64,000 nucleotides of DNA, from positions 930,001 through 994,000 of the forward strand of contig MU060486.1 in assembly GCA_013265495.1 (NCBI GenBank), given 5' to 3'. A program made the translations under genes and the position numbers. Under the pieces are notes generated by a model. That model was not told where the DNA came from. It did not search any database and saw only the letters and a program-made list of their open reading frames with translations. Source of the stretch: Vicugna vicugna. Taxonomy: Eukaryota. Below, piece after piece: positions 36,362 to 49,944 of this stretch (positions are counted from its first letter, which is position 1; each line of letters starts with the position of its first letter).

Positions 36362-39300
36362 TGCAGGGGAGCCACTTGCCACGCAGTTACTCGAGTCCTT
36401 CTGGTTAACTGCATCAGCTAGCACGAAAACGTCAGTTTCTCAGCGGCTCCAGCCGCGTGTCAAGTGCTCAGTCGCCACGTGCAGCTGGTGGCCCCGGATT
36501 CTGGCTCAGGCGTTGTCGTCACTGCGGAGAGGTTGCTTGGGCTGCCCTGGCTTCCACCGCACTGAGGGGCCGGCAGAACGTGGTGCCTCCAAGAACTGTA
36601 AGACTGTCCGTCCTGCTTCCGGCCAAGTTGCCGGAACACGTGGTGGCTGCCTGAGGGCAGTCTGTAGCCAGGTACACAAGGGGGCCGAGGGAAGCCACAT
36701 TTCCTCCTTTGTGCTTAGACAGACGTCCCGCACTCACCTTCCCAGAGCCTGTCCGTGGAAACAGTCAAGGCAACTGGGCAGAGAAACACAACGCTGGGGG
36801 CAAAATACGCAGCACAGAGCAGGCGGGCCTGGATCTCACCTTATGGCAATACCTTAGGTGCGGAAGTAAAGGCAATCACGAGTTCATCCTGCCGCACGAT
36901 GACAAAGACACAGGGGCTGTGGTGGCGGGTCCTTCCCTGGGGCCCTGGGCTTTACGGAGGGTGATGGGACCAGCTCGTTCTATGCCTCGAAGGGCCCGTG
37001 ACAGCTGATGGGCCCGGATGAACACAATCCCGAAGACCTCTGAGACCTCTCTGTGGGCTTCTTCCTCTATCAAAGCCACAAACGGAGCTCAGCAGCTCCA
37101 GAGAAGGACGTGATGATCCCTGTGGCACCAAACTTGTGGGCAGCCCCTGCAGCAGAGCAGCCCATTGCACGTGCGCCCATACCTCTCTGGCCATGCCAGC
37201 TGCAGACATCACTAGCTAATCCTTCTCATCGCTCCCTTGCATCCTGGAGGCAGACAGTACCAATCCAATCGGGCTGGCACTTGCTGGAGGACCGTCTTTG
37301 CCTCTGAGTAGCTGCTTCTCTTCCTGGCCTCAGTGCCTTTTTGGAGAGCCTGTACGATTTCTCCTGCAGGGACTCGAGAAGTGTTTCTCGGCTTCCTGAA
37401 GGAGATCACTTAATGTTTACGGTCCTCCCTCCATCTCTCTCTTCAAACCCTGTGTTTCAGCCTAAGTGTAATTTGCTCTCTCAAAATCAGTTATCAGGCA
37501 CCAGTTACCATCAGAGGTGCTCCTGGGTCGGATTTTGCTGCTGCTTTTAACGTGATTCAGTCTGGATTATACCAAGGCTGGAGTCGTCTAGAGCTTACTC
37601 TCCACTGAAAATGAGATAAAATAAAGTACAGTAGTGCACACAGCAGCCCCACGCAGACTTGCAGTGGTTCAGCAAGACCTCCTTGGCAGGAACCCAGTCT
37701 TGGGTAAAGCCGACCGGACGGGGGAAGGTCTTAAGCCTCCGCCAGGAAGCCCAGCAGGTGCGGGGATTTGTCCCGGCCTCGCTCGTCTCCTGGAGACAGG
37801 CTGGCCGAAGGCGTCACTGAGCAGGAAAATATAAAAGGCGCTGGCCCTCTCGGCCTGCCTGGCCAGCTGGCCCAGCACCTGCCACCCAGGGCGACGGTTC
37901 CTGCTGCCGCCAGCAGCCCTGGAGCCGGACGGGGGAGGTGGCCACAGCCGACCCCTCCCCCCGGTCACAGCTCAGGTTCCCGGGTCCTGCGAAGAACATC
38001 CTCTTCTCGACAACCCCCTGCCCACTTGGGGCTCAACTGAGCTTCAGTCAGAAATACCTGGAAGCAGTGAACCCCAGTCTGCTCATTGGCTGGGGCCCCA
38101 GGTGCCTACGGGCTGAGGACAAGATAATGGGCCCCTAATTCTACTCATGGGAACGGGCAAGAAGGTGAATGATTTAAAAAATCAGTTTGACTGAGGAGTA
38201 GTGGTTTATGGGGGAGCCCGGGGGCAGCAGGCACTCCAGCTTGGGGGCCTGCGTCACGTGAGGCCTGCGCTGCCCCTCTCCTGAGGTCCCCTGGCCGCGG
38301 GAAACCCACGTGTTCTGTGGCTTGTCTAGACGGTGCCCTGAGGACGTGGCGTGCTGTGGACGTCGGGTCACCGGCCCAGCCCCCCCCATCCCCTCCCATC
38401 CCGCCTCCTGGTGGCCTCCACTCATCAGTTACAAGGCCCTGAAGGAATCCAATAGCCAGGAGAGGAAATTGCATTCCGAGGAAACGTGTAAACTGAAATG
38501 GGGCTGGGATTGAACTCAGCCGGGCAGCCAGCTTCATCCAGCGGCTGGCGTGAGGTCTGATGAGGACGAGGCGGCAACCCAGACGGCGCTCACTGGGGCC
38601 GCAGGGTGGATGGGGAGGGCTCTGTGCACAGCACCCCCTCCCTGCCTGCAGCCCCCTTCGTGATCAAAGCAGAGGTCCTGGTGCGGCCCAGCCCCCGCCG
38701 GCTGGCTGTCCTCCGGAGGAGGGAGCCTTCCTCCCTGCAGGGCGTCCCTGCCCTGGCCTCGCGGTGCCCCCCACCCCCCAGCCTCCTGTCCCTGCTCCTC
38801 ATCCCCCATCTGGACCCTGGGAGCGTGTTAGGTGCCCCAGCGGACGTGGGGACCCTGGGCATCGAGATGAGAGCCCATCGGGGTGGAGGGACAGGAGGAC
38901 CACGTGTGTGGGGAGCATTTGGAGCAGCCCAGACCGGGTCCCCTAGACCAGGACCAGGAGGGGCGCAGCGCAGGCAGCAGCCACGGGGCTCATCTTGCGG
39001 GAAAGGACGGTTGCAGCCCCAGCTGTCAGTGAGCCCGCCGTCCCAAAGAGGTGGTGCAGGCCTTCAGTCCACCCCGGTCCCTCCCTGTCCCTCTGTCCTT
39101 TTATCTGTCCTACACACACACTCACTCAAAACGTGACCTTCTCATGAACTCCTTGGTGCTTCAGAACCGTCAGCCCGGTACGAGGGGCCTGCTGGAGGCT
39201 TTCCCATCCGTAAACAGGCAGAAACCCTGAGAGAGCGAGCGAGGTGTTTTTGTGTCTTCGGCGAGTTCCGAGATGGATGCTTATACGATTCCAAAGGCAG

Positions 39301-41318
39301 CCTGGGCAATTTTCACATGACAAATGTCACAGAAGTTTGAGCGTCTGTAATTATCTGTTTATGTGCCAGGGAGCCTCAATGAGGAGGCCAGAGACGGCCT
39401 CGTGTGCTGGCGGTGGGGCTGCTCACGAGCGAGTGTGATGCGATACCCACCCCGCGCTGGTTCACGGGGACGGAAAATTTGTTATGTCACATCTGAAAGC
39501 CACTTTACATTCATAGGTCATAAACCGGGAGGAAAAATAACCCAAAGTTTCAGGATTCAATTTGTTTGCTCTGAGCCAAATGCAGCCTCTTAAGCTGATG
39601 AGAGGAGGAGAGACGGCTTTTAGGAGCTCACTTTAAAAGCTCAAAAGGTGTCTGGGACATTAAATAGCTGTTAAAAGCTCTAGTTGGATAATTTAAGTGT
39701 AAATGAGAGTGAACTGTATGGATTAAATTTGCCTTAAAATGCCAGTCTGAAAAATTAAGGCAAGGCTATTGGAGACAAACACAGTTTTGCCTTTTTTCAA
39801 AACCTGAACGTTTTGAAAAAATAATTTCAGAGTCTCAGGGAGACTAAATGCAGTCGGATTCAACTGCTCCTAATAATCTTTCCATTAAAAGCCGCAGTTC
39901 GGTGATAATCACACCCCCGTTAGAGTAAGTGCATGTGTTTGTACACACGCCGCATAAAGCGTATGAACTTGGTCTCAGCTTCAAAAACCCTTTTCTATCA
40001 TAAGTGATAAGAAATATGCAGAGGAAGCTACGTATACGTGCAAAAGTCAGCCTGTGGATCTGAGGCTGTGGGTTAGAAAGGCCTTTACAATGTGATTCGC
40101 TGGTTCCGCTGATCCTTCTGGGCACTGTCTGTTGTTCTTCTGATTAAAATTGGAATATTTTATCTTCATAACATATTTCACCCTCCAATTATGACTTGAA
40201 GACCTCCTTTTGCTAAATTACTTCGTGCAGCATGTCTGTGTTGCCTTCTGAGGATTGTCGCATTTGAAATAATGTTACTCTGAAATACCAAGTTTTCGGC
40301 TCCAGTTGTCACCTGCAGAGCTGTCTCTCCACGCTGCGTTCGTCATGCAGGAAGGTTACACTTGGAAAAGCATCTTTTTAATTATTCATCAACATTATTA
40401 TCATTATCGCTCTATTAAGGCCATACTTTTCTTGACTTTAATATGGTTTTCTTTAGAATTTAAACATTATGAGCAACACTTGGCAAAAAATAAAATAAAG
40501 TAAAATAAATCCGGTGAGGAATGTCACCTGCTCTCTGGTTTTTAGAACACGGGGACTGTTCTGTTTTCGGAGTCTCCAGGGTGCCGTGGGTCCAGAAGGA
40601 AAGGGAGCTGAGCTTGAGAGACGAGAAGGCTGGGGCGTGGGAGCGCCCACGACGGTGCCCTGGGCTGCACAGGCAGCTGGGGCGGGGGCGTGTTCGGCTG
40701 TAGGATCGTTTCCTACTCTGTTTCCAGGGTTCCTTTCCACACACCAGTAAAATTCAGTGTCTAGCCCACGATCACCGACATGAAAACGACGCAGATGCGC
40801 ACGGGGAGCCGCGGAGCGCGGAGGTGCTCGCTGAGGACGCTGGGTCACGGAGTCACCCTGCCTCTTAACAGTTATGGGGCCAGGCTCCGTCCCGGGGGCC
40901 TGGAACCTGCCGGGCAGTCCTGAACCTCATGCCAGCGGCTCAGGAGGCCTGTGGGGGCGACCACAGCAAGACGAAGCCCTGCCCGGCCTCAGCCAGGCTG
41001 CCTGTGACATCACGGGTTTGATGTTCAGCCACCCCTTTACAGCGTTCCCCAAGGCAATGTACGGTTTTGTGTGAATTTTCGTTCCTCCACAGACCATCTA
41101 AAATTATTGTGCACGGCAAGTACCCGATTATTTCTAAAACACTGGTCGAGCCTGTTTGTCTGAGAATATCTTTGATTAAACCCAGTTAAATTCAACAAAC
41201 ATCAGTCCGCTGTGTGGCAAGATCTCAGTCCCCGCTGGGGAATCACAGGCGCCAAACACCCATTTCCTGCACTTACGGGGCCCAGCGCCTCCTTGCATCC
41301 TGGGAGTGACACGTCTCC

Positions 41319-41836
41319 TGTGCCACTTGGGTTTCCTCTGTGATAAATGACTCCAAGGCTTAACGGTTTTAAGCAGCAAACAGCAATTACTTCTCAAGGA
41401 ACCTGTGCATGGGCTGAGGCGTGTTCCTGGTCTGGGCCAGCCCCGCCGGTCTCCGGGGTCCGCTGGAGGCTCAGCCGGGCTGGCTGGCCTCACTGTGACT
41501 GGCCATCGGCTTGGCTCCGGCCGAGGTCCTGTGGGGGGCTTGGCCCCGCATCCCCCCTCATCCCGCAGGCTGGCAGAGCTCATTCCCGCGGTGGTAGCCA
41601 CAGGCGTCCCGGGGCAGTAAGACAGCAAGCCCCAGGGGACAAGGGCTGTCAGACCCTCTCCGGGAGCTGGCCTGCTGGTGTCCCGCTGGCCGAAGCAAGT
41701 CACGCAGCCAAGGCCAGCTTCAGGGAGTGGAGAAACAGACGGCACCTCTCATCGCAGGTGGCAGCGGAGTCATGTGGCACAGCTGCTTGCGTACGGGGTT
41801 GGGAGGAATCCGTGGCCACTTTTGCCGTCTGCCACG
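41319..41836 (-). mobile_element. Old MLT1 LTR (MLT1F/G/H-like)
   Basis: gataaatgactccaaggcttaacggttttaagcagcaaacagcaattacttctca...gaagcaagtcacgcagccaagg...gtggccacttttgccgtctgccacg. Confidence 0.8.
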
Positions 41837-42194
41837 TCGCGCCCCCCCACCGGGCGTCGTTGACCATCCCAGGGTGGAAATCGGTAGAAGGAAGTGAAAA
41901 GGGAACAGCCTTGATGTATTAAGGAAGACCCTGTAGAGCTGACGGCTGTGCATAATGTTAGGAGGACGAGAGGAAGCTCTTTAAGAAACCCAGTGAGAAC
42001 CAGATCGGGAAGGACAGGTGTGGAGGATCAGGGTCAGGTGCACACAGGAGGGCAGCGGGCAGACGCCACTGCCCTGGGGGGAGGGGAAGGCTGCACTGCC
42101 ATCGGATTGCACCTCAGGGGCGGCGGCGTTCTCATCACTACTGATTTTATTATTATAGGATTTTTATTTCGATTTTAGATTTTCTCTCAACCCC

Positions 42195-42262
42195 AATAAA
42201 AATTAAATATCTTTTTTTTCAAGTGTAGCTCTGTCTTTTTGTTTTCTGAGTTGTTTTGTTTG
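42195..42262 (+). terminator. Candidate polyadenylation site
   Basis: AATAAA 42195-42200, ATTAAA 42202-42207, CA at 42220-42221, GU-rich downstream element, U-rich upstream sequence. Confidence 0.4.
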
Positions 42263-42604
42263 CAAGACATCCTTTGCAATTAACTGTGAACATTGCATCT
42301 GAGAGGGCTGCTTTAGAAGGAGCATCCAATCAAACCAAGTCCTGGGTCCTTTCTAGGCTGCGGCTTCTCAGAGCTGCATTCTCCCGGGACCCTGTCGCTC
42401 ATCTGTCCCTGCTTGTTAGACCTTTCAGACGCTCTCCTAACCACCACTTCAGACTCATCCCAAATTGCAGCTGGAGCCTCCATTTTATTACCCAGAGTCC
42501 CGAGTGTCTCACGGAAGGGTTAAGCAAGAGTCCTCAGCCCAGGCGTTTGCTCAGACACTGCTCCGGGCACCTGGGCACCTGGACCACAGCCCACGGGCTT
42601 CTGG

Positions 42605-42935
42605 ACTAGCAGGAGACAGACGGGAGCAGTGTTTAGCGTGAGGAAGGGAGTCACAGAGGTTGTCAGGTGCCATGTGCTTCTGAGAATAAGGGGACCTAGA
42701 GTGCAGTGCAGGGGGGCAGGGGATTCGCAATGTCAATGGAGTGCTCAGGGCGGCTTCCTGGGCGAGGAGACTGTTGAGCAAAGACTTGAAGAAGGTGAGG
42801 GGCTGGCCAAGCAAGGGGAGGGAGCCTTCCTGGGAGAGGAAGCAGGGCGTGCAAAGGGCGTGCGGCAGAAACGCAGGCACGTGTGCCGGACAGCAGAGCT
42901 GTCAGCGCGGCCGGGTGGGAGTGGGGGCTGAGCCG
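42605..42935 (-). mobile_element. L2 fragment
   Basis: cagggcggcttcctgggcgaggagactgttgagcaaagacttgaagaaggtgag...gaggaagcagggcgtgcaaaggg. Confidence 0.8.
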
Positions 42936-45178
42936 GGGAAGGACGCGGGGAAGAAAGCAGGCGGCGCCTCCCCAGCCTGGTGGACGCTGAGGCCCCCGTG
43001 CTGCGCTCTGACGGGGCGGGGTCGGGGGGCGGCGAGAGGAAGACGCTTGCTTCACTGCTGTCCTCGCTGATCTTGTGGCTGGACGGCTGGTCATCGTGCT
43101 GCTGGGACTGGCGGCGGGGGTTCACGTGGGGTTTGAGCACGTGAAGACTTCCTGCTCCCTGTGCTGGCCCTCGCCTCCTTGGAAAGGCCCTGCTCACGGC
43201 GATGCGTGCTGGGAGGGTGACGGTGGGCACGGCCAGGTTTGTGTCGTCAGTCTGCTGTCATCGGAGGCCGGGGGCCCATGGGTACCTGAACGGCTGTACC
43301 GTCCTCGTCCTCACAAGTCGTAGCGTTATCTGCCTTCTTTCGCTCCCTGCCTGGGCGACCTGGGTCAATGCCTGCACGCTTGAGGCCTTAGCTGTGTCTG
43401 CTTCACTGGGGTTTTGTGAGCCTTGAAAGCGATGCTGCGTGAAGAGCGTGACGTGCTCGTGTTGAGGATGGCGATGACGCTTTACTGCGCACCCTCCGCG
43501 CTCCTGCACAGCCGGGGGGCGCCCGGCCCTGGGGACGCATTTTGGTGCAAGGTGCACTGCTGTGGCTGCAGGGAAGGGCCTCTGAGCCCCTGGGATTCCT
43601 CCTGCGAAATTCCCACCCTCTCGATGCCACATCAGAGCACGGTCACCAGGCCCGTGAGAGTTCAGGGTTGTCGCAGCCCCCGACACACACAATACACTCA
43701 CATCTCTTCTGCTTGTAGGCCGGTCACGTGTGGAAAACATCACCTCTGAAGTTCTGCTTGTCGACAGCGCCTCACTGCCGCGTGTGTGGGGTTGGGGTGC
43801 ACCCGTCACAGGTGCGGAGCTGCGAAGCCCTTTGCTCCAGGCCTGAGACACAGGAGCCAGGACTTCCGAGGGTCCAGTCGTTAGCGGAGCCAGAAGGGCG
43901 CCGTGCTTGGAGGGTGGAGTTCTGGGTGCGAGGAGCTGTGGGCTCCCAGTCCCTCAGATGAGTAACAGCCGCTCTGCTCCCCCGGCTCCAGAAAGCCATC
44001 AACAGAAGGCAGAGCCTAAAGGATCTGCACTGAGCTTTCCGAACTTAAAGGGATGTTTGACTCCGATCCGACGGCTGAGGTTGCAGTGGGCAAGTCTCCA
44101 TTTGGAATGACGCTTGGTCTCTGATGTCAGGGGGTCGTGGCTTGCACAGAGGTCTTCCTGCGTAGCTGCTTTTATTGTCGTTTTCAGCTGCGTCCTCTCT
44201 TCCTACGGCATAAGGGAATCGCGGTGGTGACTGAGACGCTGGGGCGGGGACACGCCATTCGAGGGCATCGGGGGTAAGGGGCCCCCATCATGCTCCCCGG
44301 GCGCGGTTCCTCCTCCTCACTGCCGGCCTGCTCCGTCCCGGGCACCTCAGTGCATCTTCGCGGGTCTCGTAAAAGCAGTAAATCCAGTAAAGCAAGTTCA
44401 GGGAAGAGACGTGACCCTAGCGAGACCGCACAGCTCGCGGGAGACAGAAGTGGAGCTTGAGTTCCAGTCTGAGTCAGGGACCAGGCTGATTTTCAATAGG
44501 AAAAAAGCTCCGTTCTGCCCCACCCCCTCCCCTGTGGAGAATGAACGCTGACGCAGGTAGAAACCCCAGCTCCTCTGACAGCAGTGCTCTGCGTGCTCCC
44601 CTGGGGTGGGGCTGGCGCTGAGGAGCCGCAAAGAGGAGATGCCCCTTGGGCTCCGGCTCCGTGGCTTTGCCGGCAGAAGGAAGAGGACCCGTCATGGCAG
44701 CCGGCGACGCACCGGCTTTCCCCGCGGAGGCTCAGAGGCGGGTGCGTCAGAGAGGAGGGCGGCCGCAGATGGAGGCTTCCCGGGGCTCTGCTGTGACAGT
44801 GACAGGGGTCACGAAATCCCATGGGGCGGGAGGGGGCGGGGGGCTGAGGGGGAAAGAGGAGACAGGAGCGGGGCACAGCGCCCTTTATCATCCTGTCTGT
44901 TCGCCCCGCGTCTCCCATGTTCTGTCCCTCAGATGCCAACAGCCAGTTCTCTGAAAAATAAAGTTTGCACTCGAGCAAACTGAGAGGAATGGCCCTGGAG
45001 AGCCCGCTGGCTGCACGTCCCCCAGACGCCTGGAAACGGACTTCATTTCCCCGTCATGAGCAAGACGGTGCGCGACAGCCTGGCCCAACGAGGCGCGTCC
45101 CCGCGCCGGCGTCACCCATCAGGCCCACGCCGAGAGAGGAAGGCTGTTCGGGCCGGGCCGTCGCTGCAGCGCCCCCGA

Positions 45179-45321
45179 GCGTGTGCGCGCGCATGTGCAT
45201 GTGTGTGCATGTGTGCGAGCGTGCGTGTATGCGTGTACATGTGTGTGCACGTGTATGCACATATGTGTACGTGCGTGTATGTGTGTGTACGCATGCGTGT
45301 GTGCATGTGATGTGCACATGC
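45179..45321. repeat. Long alternating purine-pyrimidine (TG/CA/CG/TA) tract
   Basis: Uninterrupted RY alternation over 45219-45309 (91 nt), plus 45179-45217. Confidence 0.97.
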
Positions 45322-45600
45322 TCATACTTTAAATTGAGAGACACGTGTTCCTGGAAGAGCTGCTGTTTTTTTTTTCTTCCCAATTCATCATAGCAGTTGC
45401 TACCACTTGAAAATCTAGTAGGTCTCTGAGAAAAGTTATGTTTATCAGGGAAGCCATTTATTAATAATAAATAAAGGTGAAGCTCAGAAATAGACATATT
45501 TTGTTTCCCTGCACCTGATGGGAAGGCTCTCGTGGATAACTGACTTCTGCCTTGCAGTCTGGGGTCATTGCTTTAGTTGCTTCTCTAGAGCTCTCTGGTC

Positions 45601-45735
45601 CGTTTGTTCATTCATTTGTTCGTTCATTCATTCAACAAACACTTTGTGCATTCCGCACCGTGATAGGTGCGAGGTGCTGGCTACGCCGAGTCAGCAGTCT
45701 CCCACCACGAGAGCTCCTGTCTGGTGGAGACTCCA
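45601..45735 (-). mobile_element. L2 3' tail
   Basis: ttcattcattcaacaaacactttgtgcattcc...ggtgcgaggtgctgg. Confidence 0.8.
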
Positions 45736-46084
45736 AAGCCAACTGCCCAGAACACAGTGTGTTACACAGGTTACTGGAAACTTCCGTCTGAGGAATAATA
45801 TAATGTCTTTCAAATTCAAATTGCTGTGTTTGCCCCCAGGTGTCTATTCTGGTGGGTGAGCTGGTTGTCAGAGTCCATCTCAGAGCGTGCACACCCACAT
45901 TTCTATTTTAATCCTAAAATGTGGATCAGCGACGTGAGCCTTTCATTCGTACACCTCCCAAGACGTAACTTCACACTCATCCTCTCGGCGCAGAACTGCT
46001 GGACACCTCTGCCGCCCCGGGTCCGAGGCAGAAACTGGGATGGCGGGGCTTCCTACCGCCCTGCCTCGTACAGCTGTAATCCGT

Positions 46085-46500
46085 CAGGGGAGACAGGCGT
46101 TAAACAAAGATCTACACCCTAATTATTTAATTGCAGCTGTGATTCAGCGGCATGACGGAGAAGGGCAGAGTGCTGTAGTGTGTGTGACGAGGAGCTGGCG
46201 GAGTCTGGGGGAAGGGAGAGTGTTCAGCAAAGGCCTTCCTGATCAGTGAGGTCTGCAGTGAGCGCTAGTCCCGTGAGAGGACAGAGGGCAGCTGTCCTGG
46301 TGAAGACGTGCTGCCGTGGTTGCTCTCAGATCGGTCCGTCCTCTTCCTGCTGTGGTGGCTTTGGTCCTGAGGCATCCGTGGGAGACGTTAAAGCAGGGCT
46401 CCCCTGGGAGATGTGAGGACACGTAGCCGGGGGCGGCGTGGTTCCCAGCAGATGGGAAGCCCCGTACCCTGCGCTGTAACCTGCTCCAGCCTAAATGTGC
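46085..46500 (-). mobile_element. L2 fragment
   Basis: ggggagacaggcgttaaacaaa...aaaggccttcctgatcagtgagg. Confidence 0.6.
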
Positions 46501-47962
46501 TCCTGTGGTCCTAGAGGAAGCAGTGACCTAGGTGAAATGTCTACTTACATGGCCATCCTTCTGGGAGGGCCGGCACTGACGGATTCCTGCCGAGAGGAGG
46601 CACGGGGTGCAGGGAGCCTGGGAAGGCGGCGCGCAGGGGAGTGCGTCGGGTGCGCGTCCGAGGCAGCGTCTCCTGCTTGCTGCTCAGCAGTGCAGCCGCG
46701 TGGGCACCAGCCCTGGCGTCAGACTTCTCACGCCCCCTGACGTACTTCATTTAACCTTATCTTCCCAGTGTGTTCGTGCAGGAATTGAGTGACTAAGAGA
46801 GGCTCAGTGCATTGCTCTGTGACATGTCCTCTGCCCGAGCTGACTCCAGGGAGACCCACTGGTCTGTCCACTGTGGCTCGGTCGTGATTCTGACCACATC
46901 CTTCCTGTGTGAATTCAGCCACTCACGCTGTCTTGTCCAGGGCACCTGCCGCACTGCAGCCTCTGGCGCCCCTGCCCCCAGCAGTCGGGTACCATCGCTG
47001 ACACAGTTTTCTCTGAATGGATGGGTGGTCGGAATCGGAACCTGAAGGATCTTGGCAGCCAGCGGGGCTCTGTGGGCCCCACCCAGCCCCGTCGCCTCAC
47101 AGACAGAGAGCCTGGGTCTGGGGCTCATGCAGCTACAGGCTGAGCTGGAGTCACGGCGGTGCTGTCCACAGCCTGTCAGAGCCGCCACCGTCACGTGCGC
47201 TGCTCCTCATGGCCGTCCTCCGGGAGACCCCCGGAGGGTCAGGTGAGCCCGCTGCGGGGACACAGAGGGCAGTGGAGCGTCACAGTGGGCGCTCTGTTCG
47301 TTAACAGACTTGCTGACCAGGAGAATTTTCCGAGTTAGCGCGTTTCTTGTTGTCATGCCCCGGGGGTCAAGCACACCGTGACCCAAGGGCAGACAGGGCG
47401 CAGGGTAATAGGGCTCGTGACCTTGGGGCGGCCCTGGTGATCTCTCGGAGTAACCCTGGGCACCCGCTTCTGGGCCAGCCTCTCCTCCCAAACCCACCAG
47501 CCCTACTCACCTCCTGGCCTAGGATCGTGGGTTCCAGGAGCACGAGATGTTCGGGGAGTGATGGCGAACAGTACCTTCTCCCTCCTGCCTTTACACACCC
47601 TGAGCGCACGCACTGAAGAGTCATAGGGTCCAGCAGGTTCACAGCTGAAAGGCCTTGATCATCTAGCGTTTACACCTTGCAGCTCAGGATGCTGAGGCCT
47701 CCAGCTGGGCGACTTCCTGACGGTTCCAGGGCTACTTGGTGGCAGAGAGAGAACTGAATGTGCCAGCGTCTCCAAGAGGGGGCAGCACGGACAGACAGGA
47801 GTGTGGGCAGCTGCACTCGCGTCTGCAGCTGCTCTGGTCTTTGATGATAGGGGTCCCCCATCCACCTGGCGTGTCTATTGTATTAGGCTCTGTATGAAGC
47901 ATTTTTTATGCATTGTTTTTTTTATATACATATGTGTGTGTATATATTTATTTACTTGTTAA

Positions 47963-48326
47963 AATTTTTATTGAGCTGTAGTTGATTTACAGTGTTAGTT
48001 GCAGGTAGCAAAGCGATTCAGTCGCATGTACACGTACATACATATTTTCTTTTCACGTTCTTTTCCATTGTATGTTATTGCAACATGTTGAATATATTTC
48101 CTAGTGCTATGTCATAGGCCCTTGTTGTTTGCATATTTTATACGTAATAATGTGTGTCTATTAATCCCCAACCCCTAATTTATCCCTCCCTGCCCTTGCC
48201 CCTTCGGTAACCATAGTTTGTTTTCTGTTTGTGAGTCTGTTTTTGGTTTGTTAATAGAACTTGTATCAATTATTTTTAGATTCCACATTTAAGAGATACC
48301 GTATGATATTTGTCTTTCTCTGTCTC
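47963..48326 (-). mobile_element. L1 3' end
   Basis: tttttattgagctgtagttgatttacagtgttagtt...ggtaaccatagtttgttttct...tttttagattccacat...gatatttgtctttctctgtct. Confidence 0.92.
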
Positions 48327-48599
48327 ATGATTTTCAAGCCTTAAGACAGCATTCCGTGGTGTAGCCGTGCCACTACCAGCCTTGTACAGGGAGGTGGTGA
48401 CAGTGTGAGGTGCCGACCGTGGGCGCCAGGCGCTGTTGGAAACCTCGCCGTGCGCCAGCTCTTGCAGGGCTCAGGACGGTCCCAGGGTCTGCCCTCCCCG
48501 ACAGGAAGCCGAACCAGCACGTGAAGTGACTGCCCCGGCGATCTGTGGGGTCTGGGGTCCATGCCAGAGCCATCTCTTCCTCTCCCTTCACACCGTGAC

Positions 48600-48665
48600 G
48601 TCTTGGGGAGGCAGGATTTGAACTCGGGTCTGTTAGAGCCCAGAGCCCTTGCTCTTTCCCTCTGT
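48600..48665 (-). mobile_element. MIR 5' fragment
   Basis: gaggcaggatttgaactcgggtctgttagagcccagagccc. Confidence 0.7.
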
Positions 48666-49944
48666 GTGTGGCTCTAGGTTTTGTAAACGCAAAATGTGAC
48701 TTGTACCAGAGAGCATCTTCCCGGGATTCTCAGTCACCAGGGATAACACAGATGTGACGTTTATCTCAGGTCAAAATCAGCTGTCGAACTCTGACTTTCA
48801 CGCTTGCGCGAAACAACAGCTGCAGGAGCTCGAGCGTCCTCTCCGGTCCCTCCCCATCGCTCTCCTGCCCTTTGAGAAACTGAGATTGCTTTCGCTCCCT
48901 AGGAGGCATCTGTCGTCCTAAAGCGTGTTCCCAAGCCCCCAGCGTCACCCCACCAAAACTACACGTATGTATAAAAGGCACTCACTCTCCACCTGGTTCT
49001 GCGCATCTGCGCGTTGTCACAGAGGCCGGCGTGGGCCACGGGGGACCGTGAAGGGTCAGCCGCTGGCAGCCTTCACGTCGTCCCTGGTGCCCAGATGTCA
49101 TAAAGTCCTTTTTAAAGACTTGCTGTGCGTCGCACGATTAAAAGCCAAGTAACGCAGGCCTCTTCCCTGTGCAGAATCACAGAGGACAGAGTGAGGGTGG
49201 ACTTCAGGGCTCGGGGAACACGACCCTCTCATGTGAAAATCCAGACAGACATTTCAAACCTGGGTTTACAGACGATTTTCATGTTAAGTGACCAGTTTGT
49301 TGGTTTTCTTTTGATTTGAATTCAGATGATAACCTTGTCCTCATTCTGCTTGACCTTTGATTTTCTGAATATGTATTTTTGTAGCATTGAAGTACTTCCT
49401 ACTGATGATGCCAGTTCTGTTCTGATGAAAGACATTCCTCTTTCCACTGCAACTTTTTAAACTCTCCTGCAATAAATAGAAATTATGTTATTTTAAAGCA
49501 TGTGGAATAATCTGACAGGTAGATATAGCGACGTGCCACCAACCTGGCCTCCAGGAGTCCCATGTGGTTCACAGCTCACAGACAGGTCCAGCCAGAGATG
49601 GAGGATGCCTTACCCTTCCCGCTAGTCCACCTCCCAATCTCGTGTCTTCATTTCTGTCGTATTTCACACCTGCCTGTTGGCTGTATTTTGAAGGAGAAAA
49701 GCCTTGTGCAGAAAGTCCCTGAATTGAGTAGCGGCCAACAGCTTCTCCGTGCCGAGCTTTCCAGGTGCCCCATGACCTTCACCTGAAGGCAGAGATGCTC
49801 ACTGTTGGCTGAGGAGACGCGCGAAGGCAGTGGTTGAAGGAGGGAGCAGCAGCAGAGGGAACTCACGCCCAGCTCCCCTCCCCGTGAGGGCGAGCTCCCG
49901 GTCTGCAGAGAACCCAGCAGGGCCTGTGTATTTATTCTTCTCAG

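Noticed and set aside
36876-37409. Protein-like minus ORFs (EEEAHREVSEVFGIVFIR; GEIVQALQKGTEARKR)
   Set aside because: Acceptors are plausible but donors are weak, and no homologue is recognised.
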